Shown: one piece after another, positions 1 through 12,421 of the stretch
How positions within the stretch are numbered: the first letter of the stretch is position 1
How the letters are laid out: each line of letters opens with the position of its first letter
From: Yuukianura sp. NJ FZ-2021
Taxonomy: Eukaryota
Length of the DNA stretch: 64,000 bases
Assembly (NCBI GenBank): GCA_046563655.1
Contig: CM102287.1
Span: forward strand, 2,480,001 to 2,544,000
Reading direction: 5' to 3'
Program-made: the position numbers and the translations under genes
The notes under the pieces: generated by a model
The model's input: only the letters and a program-made list of their open reading frames with translations
Told to the model about the DNA's origin: nothing
The model's database searches: none

Positions 1-1088
1 TGACATGAGAGATGAAGTGGCGACATTGATTGGATCAGGATGGAAGCGACATGAGTCAGAAGGGGCGTCAGCACTAGCCATTTCACATGTGTCGCCATTT
101 CTAAAAACAATTTCAAAAAGTAAATTTTTTTTAAATTTTCAAAATTTTGAAACTTACAGGTCCTGATACTCTCCAACTAGTGCTGGTTTGCTACATGAAG
201 ATACTTCCCACAAGTCAGGCGTTTCTCCGAGGTAGAAGTAAGGAAATTTCGAATGGTCAGGATACCCGTGTTCTAAAAATTCAAAATTTTGTTGAAATTT
301 AAAATTTTGTGAAAATAAAACTAAAAGTTTCAAAAAAAATCGAAATTTCAGTTTTTACCTTCCCAGACTCCATAACGTAGACGAGCCCATAAAGTGAGCA
401 GTGCCTTCCCTAAATTGAAGAATGAAAAAATTACAATTTCAATTTCTAAAGATGTGTTGTTGAGGAAAATTTGAAATTTTGAAAATTTTAAAAATTTCGT
501 ACAGCTTGGTCCATATGGTCCAGTGTTGAGTGAGTCAAAAAATGTTTTTGGAAGTTGAATTTGATTTCCAGCGACGCCGCAGGCGTTTGGATTGTCAACG
601 AACGGAGAAGACGCGTCATTCGACAGCAAAATATCTGCAGTCGCGAAGGACTGACTACAAAAATCACAAAAATTTATAAATTTCAAAAAAATTTACACTT
701 TTTAGTTTTTTGTTTGAAATTTTGAAAAGTGACCTTATCGCTGGAACTGCTGATGGTACATCCCAGGAACTCGGAATCAAAATATCAGCGAACTTTATAT
801 GAAAAATTGCCTCTGTCGCTTTTGCCAGTTCATTTGAGAATACTTGCAAAGAGTGCTGCGAAGAAGTTTTTAAAAAATTTCAAAAATTGAAATTTTGAAA
901 ATTTTTGAAATTTAGTACTTTACCTGTAGATTTTGGATGTATGCGTTGACATCGGATGGTTGTGGAATCTTTTCATCAATTGCTACAACAATGGAGTAAT
1001 CTCCTTGGTCCTTGATCACTGCGCAATCGCACAATCCAATCACCACTCCCACCATCAAACCCACCAAAACCCACTTTGACCTGCCCAT
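1..1088 (-). CDS. Calcium-activated chloride channel regulator (CLCA)-like secreted protein, N-terminal exons; gene continues past the left edge
   Basis: ATG at 1088, signal peptide MGRSKWVLVGLMVGVVIGLCDC. GT-AG exons give SIVVAIDEKIP, ILIPSSW, CGVAGNQIQLP and KALLTLWARLRYGVWEEHGYPDHSKFPYFY, matching the CLCA N-terminal domain (canonical HEWAHLRWGVFDEY). Confidence 0.85.
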
Positions 1089-2462
1089 TTTCAATTTCGA
1101 AATTTTGGAATTTTAGAAAAACGAAGTGAAAACGAACTTACACCTAAACTACTTTCAAATTAGTCAGGAATTCACTTTTGTTGGAAGATTAAAACTTTTT
1201 GTGAAAAAAAGGAGATAAATTAGACAAAAGTCACTTGAAAAAGATCTCCACGCACTCCAGTCGGGATTTCCAGGAAAATTATGGTCGCAAAAAGCGAGAA
1301 AACAAAATTGGAGACAACAAAATCAGATAAAACCAAATCACCGACTCATCAAGTACACTAAAAGTAATCTACAAAATAATTTTTTTTTTGAAATTTACAC
1401 AACTCTATATACATAGGTACATAAAATTGTCGTAAAATGTGTAAAACATAAACAGAATTTGATTTAATTGTCCTGAAATTGTTGTTTTTGTGTCGATGTT
1501 TTTACACTTTGGACTTGACCATGAACCGCTTTTAGTAAATTTGTGTTCAGTTGGTGCTGATTTCATTCTGCTATAATTTTTTTTTGGATTATCGCAGTAT
1601 CAGATTGATAATAGTGAGTTAGGTAATGGTGTCATAAAATTTGCAAAAAGCTTTGGAAATTGCATGGACAAGATAAATTGGCAACTAGTAAAACAATAGG
1701 CAGCAACAACTTTTAGCACTTCTACTTCCATTGACCTCACTTTACTTTGCCCAAAAATTTATGCCATCAGCTTCTACAGAAAAAGATTGTCAAGGCTTAA
1801 TTTTTTAATCTGTGAGGGCATCATGGTTTTAGTCCTTCATACATACAGGTATGTCCAAATATTTCCAGAGGTCTAAAATTTATAAAATTCAAATATTTAC
1901 AAAAAATTTAAAATACCATGATTATAATATAGAGAAAATCAAAGAAATTAAATTTAAAATCAAAGAATTTGATTATACTTTGATTATGTATATTGATTCT
2001 TTGTGCTTGATTCGTAATTTGGTTTGTATTTTCTATTTTGTTATGAAAAGTACGACTGTTTCAATAATCGTTTTTTTTTTTTGGCGAGATTCCTAGTAAA
2101 AACTTTCCAAAATATGTAACAAGGTGAACTTTCTAAATAACTCTCACATTTCACACGTGTAATGGATAACTTAATGTTACAAAAAGCACCTTTTAATTCT
2201 CTTACTTTTTGCAATTCTACGCTCATTCAGTTGTAATGAGAAGCTGACTGTTGTCTAACCGGAAACTCATAATAGGATACGCAACAAGGAGAAAATGTTA
2301 AACTTTTTATCTAATTTCATTAGTAATCACAAACAATAATTCTCTTTTCCTTCATAAAAAGTGGAAAAGCAACTCACTCCATTTAATTCACTTTTGAACC
2401 ACACTGTACATTTTCACTTTTTTTTAAACTTTTCAACATTGTTTGAAATTTTTAACAAAATG

Positions 2463-4121
2463 TTAGTGTGTCCTGACTGCTGTCCATGAAATTGCGCCTG
2501 CGCTGGGACTGTTGCTTCTTCGCTTGTATAACCCTGAAGGAAGGAAGCCCTTGAGTAAGGGACCACCGAAGTTCATCTTGTGTGCAATCAGTTGCTGCAG
2601 TTTGTAGCCAAAGAAGGGCTTAGAAGGGGACTTCTGCGGAGGAATTGAATAAGTACCCCCGTGGGGGGCATAAGAACTCCCAACGGAATGTCCCACCACT
2701 TCAGTGTAAGTGGTGGGCCCTGGTCCCACCGAGTAGTCACTCCCACCAGGATGCACCACTGTGTGGCCATGCGTCACATGATCAAATTGTTGAATATTAG
2801 GGTAAGCTTCTACGGCACCTCCCACGACTGTAACTGCACCAGCGTTGCCACCAGTGTTGCCAGCATCGTGATGGTGATGAACGCTGCCACCATCGAGATG
2901 GTGATGAATGTGGTGATGGGTGGCTACAATTGGAACTTGAAGAGGAACTGGCAACTCATGTCCACCGTGACCTTGACCTCCGTGACCTTGACTCTGGTCT
3001 AGCGGCACTACTTTTGCAAATTCTGTTGGATATTCGTGCAGAATGGGTGCTGGATTGTTGCGAATTCGGTGATTATCGATGTGTTGCAAAGTGGATCCGT
3101 ACTTGTTGAAGTCGTCATCGGTAATAATTACATTCGGATTGTCAAAATGGAGTCCAGAATTGTAATTGGCCGGAACAATTTGCTGCTGGTTGGCGTGCCA
3201 TCGACCTGGATGTGGATAGCCATGATGATGAGCATACAAATTCCCAGAAAGTGGACTAAAAAACGAAAATTTTCGACATTTTGATCTTTTCATTTCGATA
3301 TTTTGAACTGTTTTTGTCATTGAGTTACCGATGGTGAGGAATTTGATCTCGGAAAAGTTGTCGCTTCATCCGCTCAGCGGAAGTTGCTGCAGCCATTTCT
3401 TGTTCAAAGAATGACGCTGATTTTGACTGATCTTGCGGAGCAGCGATTACGCTCGGAGCGATGCTTGGTATCGCTGAATTTTTGACATTCAGAGGTTTCC
3501 CATCGCTGCTACTCAGGTTCAGAGTCAAGAAGAAGAGGAATGAGTAGATGTAAAGTGGATTGGAAAACAAGTGCCTTGGATTCTGCAATTAGTCGAAAAT
3601 TAAGGCAAAAAATTAAAAAATGAAGTTTGAATTGGGATTAATTAGCTTCACTTTCAATTAACCTAAACGTGCAAGGCTATTTTCAAAAACCTTGAAACTT
3701 TTAAGACCAAGAAAAGTGTTTAGTTGACGGGAGTTCTCACGCATCTTCAAAGGTCAACTTTTGTGTTCATTTTTCACGCTCCTCAAATGGCAAATTCTGT
3801 GTAAAATTAATTTCCTTTTGTGTTTAAAGGTGAACATTTACTGTTAATTGTAACCTCGCCTTCGTTTCTAATATCAAAATGGCCAGAGTTTGGCTAATTG
3901 CCTCATCAAAACAAATTTTAGACTCAAATTAAATTTCGTGTGATTACGAAACATAGATAAATTTTTTCATGTTTTTGTTGCTTAACTTCAACGCCATACA
4001 AAAAATGAAGGATTTAAAACACCTAAAAGATATTCGAATTAATTTTTCCACTTGTTTCGCTTGAGGAATGGCGTAGAATTTGAACAAAAAATTTTACAAA
4101 AATTAATTTCTTGTTTACCAT
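2463..4121 (-). CDS. Secreted His/Gly/Pro/Val-rich low-complexity protein, possibly cuticular or metal-binding; 3 coding exons
   Basis: ATG|gtaaac at 4121-4119, exon 3582-3329 (NPRHLFSNPLYIYSFLFFLTLNLSSSDG signal peptide, RMKR site), exon 3255-2463 joined in frame; His tracts and GQGHG repeats. The first exon is the least certain. Confidence 0.7.
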
Positions 4122-7100
4122 TTTTAAGAGATCCACGAAACTTAAAAATTGCAGTCACAAGTTTTTGGTGAATAAATTAAACCACTTTCTTTTATAACAA
4201 AGTTTGTCAACTGTTTTGCGAATTTTACTTTTTCAAAAGATCTTCTTCCTTTTCATTTTGAATTTCCTAAAACTTAAAACCAAAAAAAAAAACACCGTCT
4301 CCAAATTCACTTTTTCTAAAGTTTTCTTTAAAATTGTAGCGGAACTGTGCTATTTAGCGTGTTTAGTTGAAATTATTTTTGCAAGAGAGGTTTTAGATGT
4401 TAGTGTTAGTGTTTGAGGAGTGAAACTGAGAAGTTTGTAAGGTGTTGAATTAAACTAAGAGTCGAGAGAGCAAGGTACTTTGGTGGAGGAAGTTAAGGGG
4501 TCGTGGTCCCTCACACTTTAATTCCTAAGGATCTCTGACGTAGGAAGCTTAAGTTCAAACATCCTTCACAAGGGAGTAACTACACAGCTAAATCTTTAAT
4601 TACAAACAACGGATCTCCTCAACCGCACACAAAAAGAAAAGTTGTTTACTTTTCACGTTTTCAATTCATTTTGCATTATCAGAACTCAAAAGTCAAAGTA
4701 TTTACACTTTACACACTCAAAAGGCATAAGAAAAGAGTAACAGTTTTTAAAATGATCAAATTCCAAAAAACGAAAATGGAAAAAATTATTTCTGAATTGC
4801 GTTTCTTCTACGCCAAACAGAAACAAACCGAAAGGCGATGGTTAGTTCGATCAAGCTGTGAGTTTTATAAAACATTCAGCGAAAAATCGTACAAAATTTT
4901 ACGTGGCGTGAAATCGAAATCATGACAAAAATTTTTCAAAAAAACTTAATTTAAAATTGACCAGACAAAAACATTCTGAATGAGCCACGTCAGTTAACGT
5001 TGATGATTTGATTAGAATTTAATTGCACAGCTAATTCAAGCGTTGATGAAAAGTTTTCAAATTTTATGCACGTTTCGCAGAGGAGCGTCTTCTTGTTGCT
5101 TGTGTGCAAAATTTAATTTCGCGAAACCCAATTTCCTTGGTCATCACCGGACCAAAGAGAAATCGGAATAAATTGGAATTTGGAAATTGAGTCATCTTTC
5201 TTACGTCAAATCAAATACGGTAGGAGGCGTGTGCAAAATTTAAGCTGCATTTGCCGGAAGTTGTCTGTCATGTACAGCATGTGCAAAAAGTCACGTTAAG
5301 ATGCATGCAACGTGTGGACTGATCTGGTTCTGTTGATGATCTCTAAATGACCCCACTGCAATCCCCAATTTTCTTAAATGAAACAAAAGTTACGTAAGGA
5401 AGTGCAAAATCATCCTATAATTTAAAAAAAAATGAAGCCAAAAACACGTCCAACATTTGCCAAATTTCAAAACATATAAATCATGACGTGCATCGAAATC
5501 AAAAGGGAAAAATTTGCACAAATTTTTTTGCCAATTTGGAAAAAGTCCTCAATACCCTAAGCTCTAAAGTAAAAGTGAAAACTCACGAAATTCTTGTTTG
5601 TAAACCGATTTTAATTTCTTTGTAGTAAACAAAAAGAGTTGTGGTATGGTGGTCATTGATTAAAATTTGGCACAAAATCAAGTTTGCGAATTGTAACAGC
5701 GTTTTTGCAAAGTCTGAAACAATGAAAAAAAAAAGTAGTCTACCAAAACGGCTTCTGCCTTGTTGTTGCGACCATTGCTCATTTTTTTGTTGCTAAAAAA
5801 GAAAATGAAAGTTATCTTTTTTGCAAGTGTCGATAACTGACGCTTCTTAATTTCACTTTTAAAGTGCAACTAACCTTAGCCAATGCCTGAACCTAGTTAA
5901 CTTTTAATTGCAAATTTAACACCATTGGTTCCTTAACAAATTAAAACATTAATCTTTTATGCGAAACTATCCCTGCCCTGTCCCAATATCCCCAATTTTT
6001 GCAAATTCGCGAAATGTCAATGTCAACTCATCGATGCTTGAAAAATCACTCTCTAACCAAATTCGCAAGGTTGACAACTGTGCGAATTTCCAGTCCAACT
6101 ACTTTTACATGTCGAATTTGATGTATACAAGAATGCTTTCTTTTGGAAATTGCAAATGTCAATGTCAAGTTTGCAAAAATTTGTGCCAATTTCTCCAATT
6201 ACGAACGACATGTGTACTGTGCTAATTAACAGCCAATTTCATGCAGTCTGTGTCGGATTTCACCTAACTATAAATGTTTGCAAAAAATTTTTGCATTTTT
6301 TTTTTTTTTTTTGCAAAATTGTTGGTGCAGAGCGTGTGAGCTAATTCTAAAAAGTTCGTCGTGATTTTAAAGTTCGAGGGAGTCCGTTCTGTTGTAAAAT
6401 TGGAATTTACTTTGACAGAAGGTGAAAGTTGGCAGCTCGTTTTTGCAAGTTTTTGCACAGATCTTTAAATTTTGCACAAAAAGTGCATTGTTATGTAACC
6501 CCACCACCAGAAGACCGTCGTGCTTAAGTGGTTCCTCTTTGTATAAAATTTAAAAAGAAACAGGAGGAAGCGGAGATTCGTCTCCGTAAGATTGACGTTC
6601 TTTGTCGCACGCTATTCTGCAAATTTGCAAATTCTGCAAAAATGCTAGTATTTGCAAAATCCTCCGTCACAACATCCTTCTGCTCCCAAAAACAAACAAT
6701 ACAAGGGACAAAAGTCATGCATCAATTCGCAAAATTAGGAACCCAGAAATTTGCAATTTGAAATGAAAAATTACTGCAGTCCAAAAAAGTAGAAATTGCG
6801 ATCATTTTGAGTCCAAAAAATGAAAACAAGCGGGGCGTTGTCCCTCGTTTGCGAAATTTGGCAAATGATTCCGTTTTCATTTCATGTTCATTTTTTGCAA
6901 AGTGGGCCCAATTTTGCAACTACTTTGCAGTTGACCTCTGACCTCGATCCAAATTCAGGATCAAATTGAGATGTGTTTGTCCTAAAAACATAACTTTGTC
7001 ATGTCCATTTTTGCAACAATTTTTCTCATGTGTCATTTACCTTCGTTTTGTGCAAAATTTCACTCGTTTTTCGCAGAATCGCAGACAAACAAGCGAGTCA

Positions 7101-8277
7101 TTGCCAATTCCCGATGCAAAACAGCTTTTCATCGTGTGCAGATTTGCGTCAACGTCATCAAAAATCCCATGAGAAAAAAAAGTTTGTAAAGTTTTTGCAA
7201 AAAAGTTAAGTGTTTTGATTTTCAAAAAATTGATTCCTCACCACTTCACACGCATTTTAATTAAGTCCTCCTCACGTCACTGCACACAAGGTTGTCATCG
7301 CCAACAATTTAAAAACTTTTTAATTATTGCAAAATCCAATTTTCTTCCATACTGGGAGACTAAAAAATTGTTGCCAATTGTGAATTGCATAAATTCGCAA
7401 ATGGAAAAGCTGAGTGAGCTTGAAAGAAATTAATGAGAGAGTCCATTAGCATCATTATTTTAACAGTCGACATGGCTCAAGTCACGCCAACTCAAAACAA
7501 GTTTTATGAAAAGGAAAATCAAAAACCAACAAAATTTGTTGTAAAACTAAAACAGTATTAATTTTTTTCGTAAAAAAAAAGTAATTCTGCTACAAAGTAG
7601 AAGAAATGATGATTTTGCAGAAAATTTTTGCTCAGAATCTCTCATTTTTACCCACAAAAAAAAATTCCAAACCCCAAGTTTTTTGAAGGTTTGAGTAATA
7701 GTCGGTGCATGACAAGTTAAATTCTATGTTTAATTTTTAAAATGGGACTCCATATCAATTTAAATTAAAAGTTTTCAATTAATATTAAAACAGAAATTAA
7801 CATTTAGCAAATATTTTAACTCCGTCCTCCAACGTACTACTTTTTAGCAGATCAAAAAACATTCACGCACAGACACACAATTTTAACATTAAACTAACCG
7901 TGACCGCATGATGTTGTTCAAGAAACACAAATTGATCTTGTAAAAAGTTAGGCTTACAACCTTCCAAATGTTAAGTCTAACCTTATTGCATAATAACTTA
8001 ATCCAAAAAAAACCTTATTTCTGCTTCAACTTCTGGATAAACTTGAGGTACGCTTGGGAAGAAAACAATTAACAGAGGATGTCAGAGGTCAAAGGTCAAC
8101 AAAAACAGTTAAAGAGGAGGTCACCTAAATAGTCGACACAAAAAACTGTTGTACAGTAGCCAGCAGAGCAACAAATTGTTGCCACTGGGCAAGCGTCGCC
8201 ACTTCAAGGCTACTGGCTACACTGGAGTAGAAAAGAGACATAAATTGGATCTGTCGCGTGTCGAGAAGTTCTGGAGC

Positions 8278-8348
8278 GTGTCCATGTCACTATGTCCATG
8301 TCACGGTGTCCATGACACAATTTCCATGTCACGGTGTCCATGTCACGG
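8278..8348. repeat. 14-bp tandem repeat (GGTGTCCATGTCAC, about 5 copies) just downstream of the CARM1 stop
   Basis: Read directly from the sequence. Confidence 0.85.
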
Positions 8349-8359
8349 TTTTGGAGAAC

Positions 8360-10744
8360 TCAATGAGACCAGTGAACGCCGTGGGAGGCAGGAAGAACGG
8401 AGACGTTTGTGTTATTGAGCAAGAGGCCTTGATGCTGACCGCCAGCTGCCGCAGTATAATCTCCCAGTATCGGCACTGTCGTGTAGTGGGCGATGGAAGC
8501 GGCTTGTTGGAACTGATGAGCAGCCTGTTTCAAAATTTCAAAAAAAAAAGTTCAACAATTTCAAAAAAAAAAAAAAGTTGAAAAATTTCAAAAACAGTGT
8601 TTTTGACTTACCATGTTGCCAACTCCAGTTGGTAAGACGCTCATGACAGGATGTGCTGTGGGTACTTCGACGATGTTGCCCATGGAGTCGACGACTGTCG
8701 TCGTGAGTCCTTTGACGATATGGCCTCCCCCGTTTTCGGTGGCAGGAGTTCCAGCAGTCGTAGTCCAAATGGCATCTGAGGGTGCCGCAGTGTGATGCCC
8801 AGGAGGAGGTTGTGGTGCTTGACCGGTGTAGCGGAAGTACGGATTCTTCAGATCAAGAGTATTCGACACCACCATCCCATCAAACTCCAGTTCGATGTAA
8901 ACATCATAACTTTGTCTAAAAAACGAAACAAATACAACATTTTCAAAAAAACACACACACATTCATTCACATTTTAAAAAAACTGATTTTATGTTCCTGA
9001 CCTTTTGTTCGCCGAAAGTATCGTCTTCCCCTTCAGAATTTGCCCTCGCAACATCACCCTCGGGGTTTCGATTAGGCAGCGAACCTAAAACGATTCAAAA
9101 ACGTTTGAAAAACGACAAACTGATGTTGACCATATTTCGGGAAACGTATGAGAAACGTTTTTGAAAAACGCTCGAGAAACGGTTTTGAAAAACGTTTGAG
9201 AAATGTACCTGATACCAGTGCGTAAGGGCCTCAGTGGGGGCAGTGGAAAGCCAAATTGTGCTCTGCGTCCCTTCGAATGCGACGTCAAACCAAAAGGCCA
9301 GTCCATGAACCGTCCCGGTTTCCAGCATTTCAAATTCAAATGGAATATTGATTTCGTGCAAATCATATTCAGAGGCCTCCAGAAAGTTGACAGTGTGCTT
9401 CGTGGACTTGGCCAAACAGATTCTGACGTCGAAAGTGTCCACGATGGGTTGTCGGAAGTATTCGTGCATCGCAGCATTCTTGAGACAACTGAGATCAACT
9501 CCATGAAACGAAGTTTGTTGCCAGAAGTTGGCTTTCGTGCATTGCTCCAAGTAGAGAGCTTCGTCCGTGAATGGAGCCACATGAAGATCGCCAGTCGTCG
9601 GAAACATCTTTCCATCCGGCTTGAGCCACTTCTTGGCATGCAAGTATGTTTCCAGCATCCGTTCGTTGTACAACATGTAACCCTGTCAAAAGTTAAAACT
9701 TTGTCAACTTCTGATTGGGTTTCAACTTAGTTTTAACTTTTAACTTACCATTGGTTCAGACACAATCGCATCAACCTTCTCCGGCAGCTCAATCTCTTCA
9801 ATTTTACCAGCAAGAACGATTAATTTTCCCTTCAAACCATTATGGGAAGCAAGAGCCTGTGACAGAATAAGTAAAACTTGAAAATTAAAGTTAATGAAGT
9901 GTTAATTGGTAAAAGTCAATGTTAACTAAAGTGACCTCTGCATGTTGTGCCATACTGGAGGCTTCCACAGCATACACTTTCTTTGCTCCTGCTTGGATAG
10001 CAAAGAATGACAAAATTCCAGACCCCGCCCCAACATCCAAGATCACTTTGTCAGCAAAGTCAAAGAGGTTAGCATGAATTGCTTTCTGGTAAGTAGCTGT
10101 CCTAATGTAGTCCTGCATCATGTTCTGCTGTTGTGATAAATAGCCGTAGAACTAAAATAAAAAACGAAGTTGTGTAAGTTTCCAAATCAATTTGAAGTTT
10201 CAAAGACGCCAGTTGTGAGCATGTGAGATGTACCTGAAAATATTGGAGTGCCGATGAATCCTCGGTTCGTTCAGCAAAAACGGAAGTGTCATTCCCTTTT
10301 AGCGCTTTTGAAGACAAGATTTGAAAAGAACTCGCATCTAAGTAAAAATTCCAAGTTAAACTTTGTCCCATCAACTTTAAATTATTCCAAATGAAATTCC
10401 TTACCTTGTTCATTGCTGAATCTGAAGAGTATGCACACAGTTTCGATAGAAATGATGAAACCACAACGCCCTAATCGCATCAACGGGTTTCCACGTTCCA
10501 GCAGAGTTTCTAGCAGTGTCACTCCCGTCCCAGTTGTATCACTTTCTGAAATTAACGTTACAGACGTTAATTAATCAATCTGAAGTTGAAACAAATGAAA
10601 CTATGCTGCCTTACTTGGAAGAAAGGAAAGGGAGATCCCTTGAGGGTCATATTCAGTCCTTAGAGTCACTGGATCAGGAAAGTGCTTCCTCGTCTCTCCG
10701 TTTTCTTGGAGCTTAAATACCGTCACGTTTTGGAACAAAGTCAT
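8360..10744 (-). CDS. CARM1: Histone-arginine methyltransferase CARM1/PRMT4, multi-exon
   Basis: N-terminal PH-like region ([24 protein letters not shown]), [61 protein letters not shown]; stop TGA at 8362-8360. Confidence 0.95.
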
Positions 10745-12421
10745 CCTGGAGTCAAGATACAACCAACAGAATAGAGTCGAATCTCCTCGTCAGCACACAA
10801 TTGATAGGCCGTTTGACTCGAGATCAATTTCTCTGCCACACCTAATCAGAAGAGAAGACATCAAGTAATCAAATTCTGAACAGAACATACTTGGAATTTG
10901 GAATTAAACCAACTGCGTCGGTACTACTGTTTGTCTTTTCATAAAATTGTGAATTTGGGTTGCCTCTTACCGTTGTGTCCACTTGCACTATGCTACTTTT
11001 GGTAGTTGGAGTCGACGAAAGGTCGAAGGTCAGCCAGGGTCAGGGAAGTTCCCTAGTTGACACCTCCTTGTTTCTTTGTATCCACACAACACCGAGAAAA
11101 GAAAGAAATCCAAATCCAACTCACGCACTCAACATTTTATTATTTTCCCTACTCAAAAAAAAAGCAAGGTGGAGAGTCTAATTAAAAGTTACACACGACT
11201 CACTCTCCACCCGCCCTTTACAGGCACATTCAATCAAAATTATTAAATTAAATCATCAATTTAATCAAAGTATTAGCAAAAGTAACACCACAAATCAAAG
11301 TAATTTAGTGCAGAATTACCTAGATGATTTAACAATTAATTCAACAGTTAATTAGTTAATTAATGCTTAGCGTACTAATTCGTCTACTTATTGTCTGTGA
11401 TGCCCAAGTGTAAGGCGTAGGGTGAGAAGGGTGAGTGTGAGTGTTTGATTGAAACAAAGAAATGTGGAAAGAGATCAAAAGATGCGCAAAGTTAAAAAAA
11501 TGCAAGGAAGGACAAGGGCAACTCTTTTCTATGCAACCGAAACACATCTTCCCGAATTCCGAAACATCCGAATTAATCAACATGTGAATTCACGCTCAAC
11601 CTAATTAATGAAACGAATTAATTAGCATTAATATATTAAGATCTTTTCAAATTAAACCCACAATTAAACCTCAGCGGTTTTAAAGTTAGTCATTTCCTAA
11701 TTTCCTAAAAATTTAATTTTTGGCTTCAGTTTGGGATAATTTGCAAATTGTGATTGGAATTTTGCAAAAAGCGTGTGGCTTCCTTTGGACATGAACTTTG
11801 ACAAATTAGTTGACCCTGCCGTTTGCATAAAAAAGAAGAAAAATTGGTACTTTCACTTTGATTTTTGCGTAATGGAAAATGAGGAATAGCGTGCATGGTT
11901 TGATGCATCCTGTGATCTCTCTATTGTTTTGTATTGACAAATTGGAATTATTGGACACGCTGAGGCTTGGAGAGGGAGGAGTCGGCAGGGCTTTGGAAAT
12001 TAAGTGAATTTGGAAATTGCGAAATAGTTTTGAGCACTGAAGATGGAAGTGGTTGAGTCAAAGGCCTTCGGAAGTCATTCCTCCCTTGCACGGAGATGCC
12101 TGCAGGGCTTCCAAGATTCTTTCAACAAAGGCAGGAATCACACCTTCATGTTACATCTGTCCACTTCTCTGTAAGTTAATACAACAATTTTGCACAATTT
12201 CAACATTCCTTGCAAAATTTCAACTGAAAAGTTTCAAAAAGTGGAAGATTTGTACCAAAATTCAGCAGTTTCTGAGAAGCAGAGGTCATACAGGCAAAGG
12301 ATTTCTGAAAAGCATGAAAAAAAAGTTTTTAAAACTTGAGTTTGAGTGATTCACTAAAAATGTGGGTGTGGAAATTTTGAAATTTTGGATTTTGATGGGT
12401 CAAAATTTGAATCAAAGCGAT

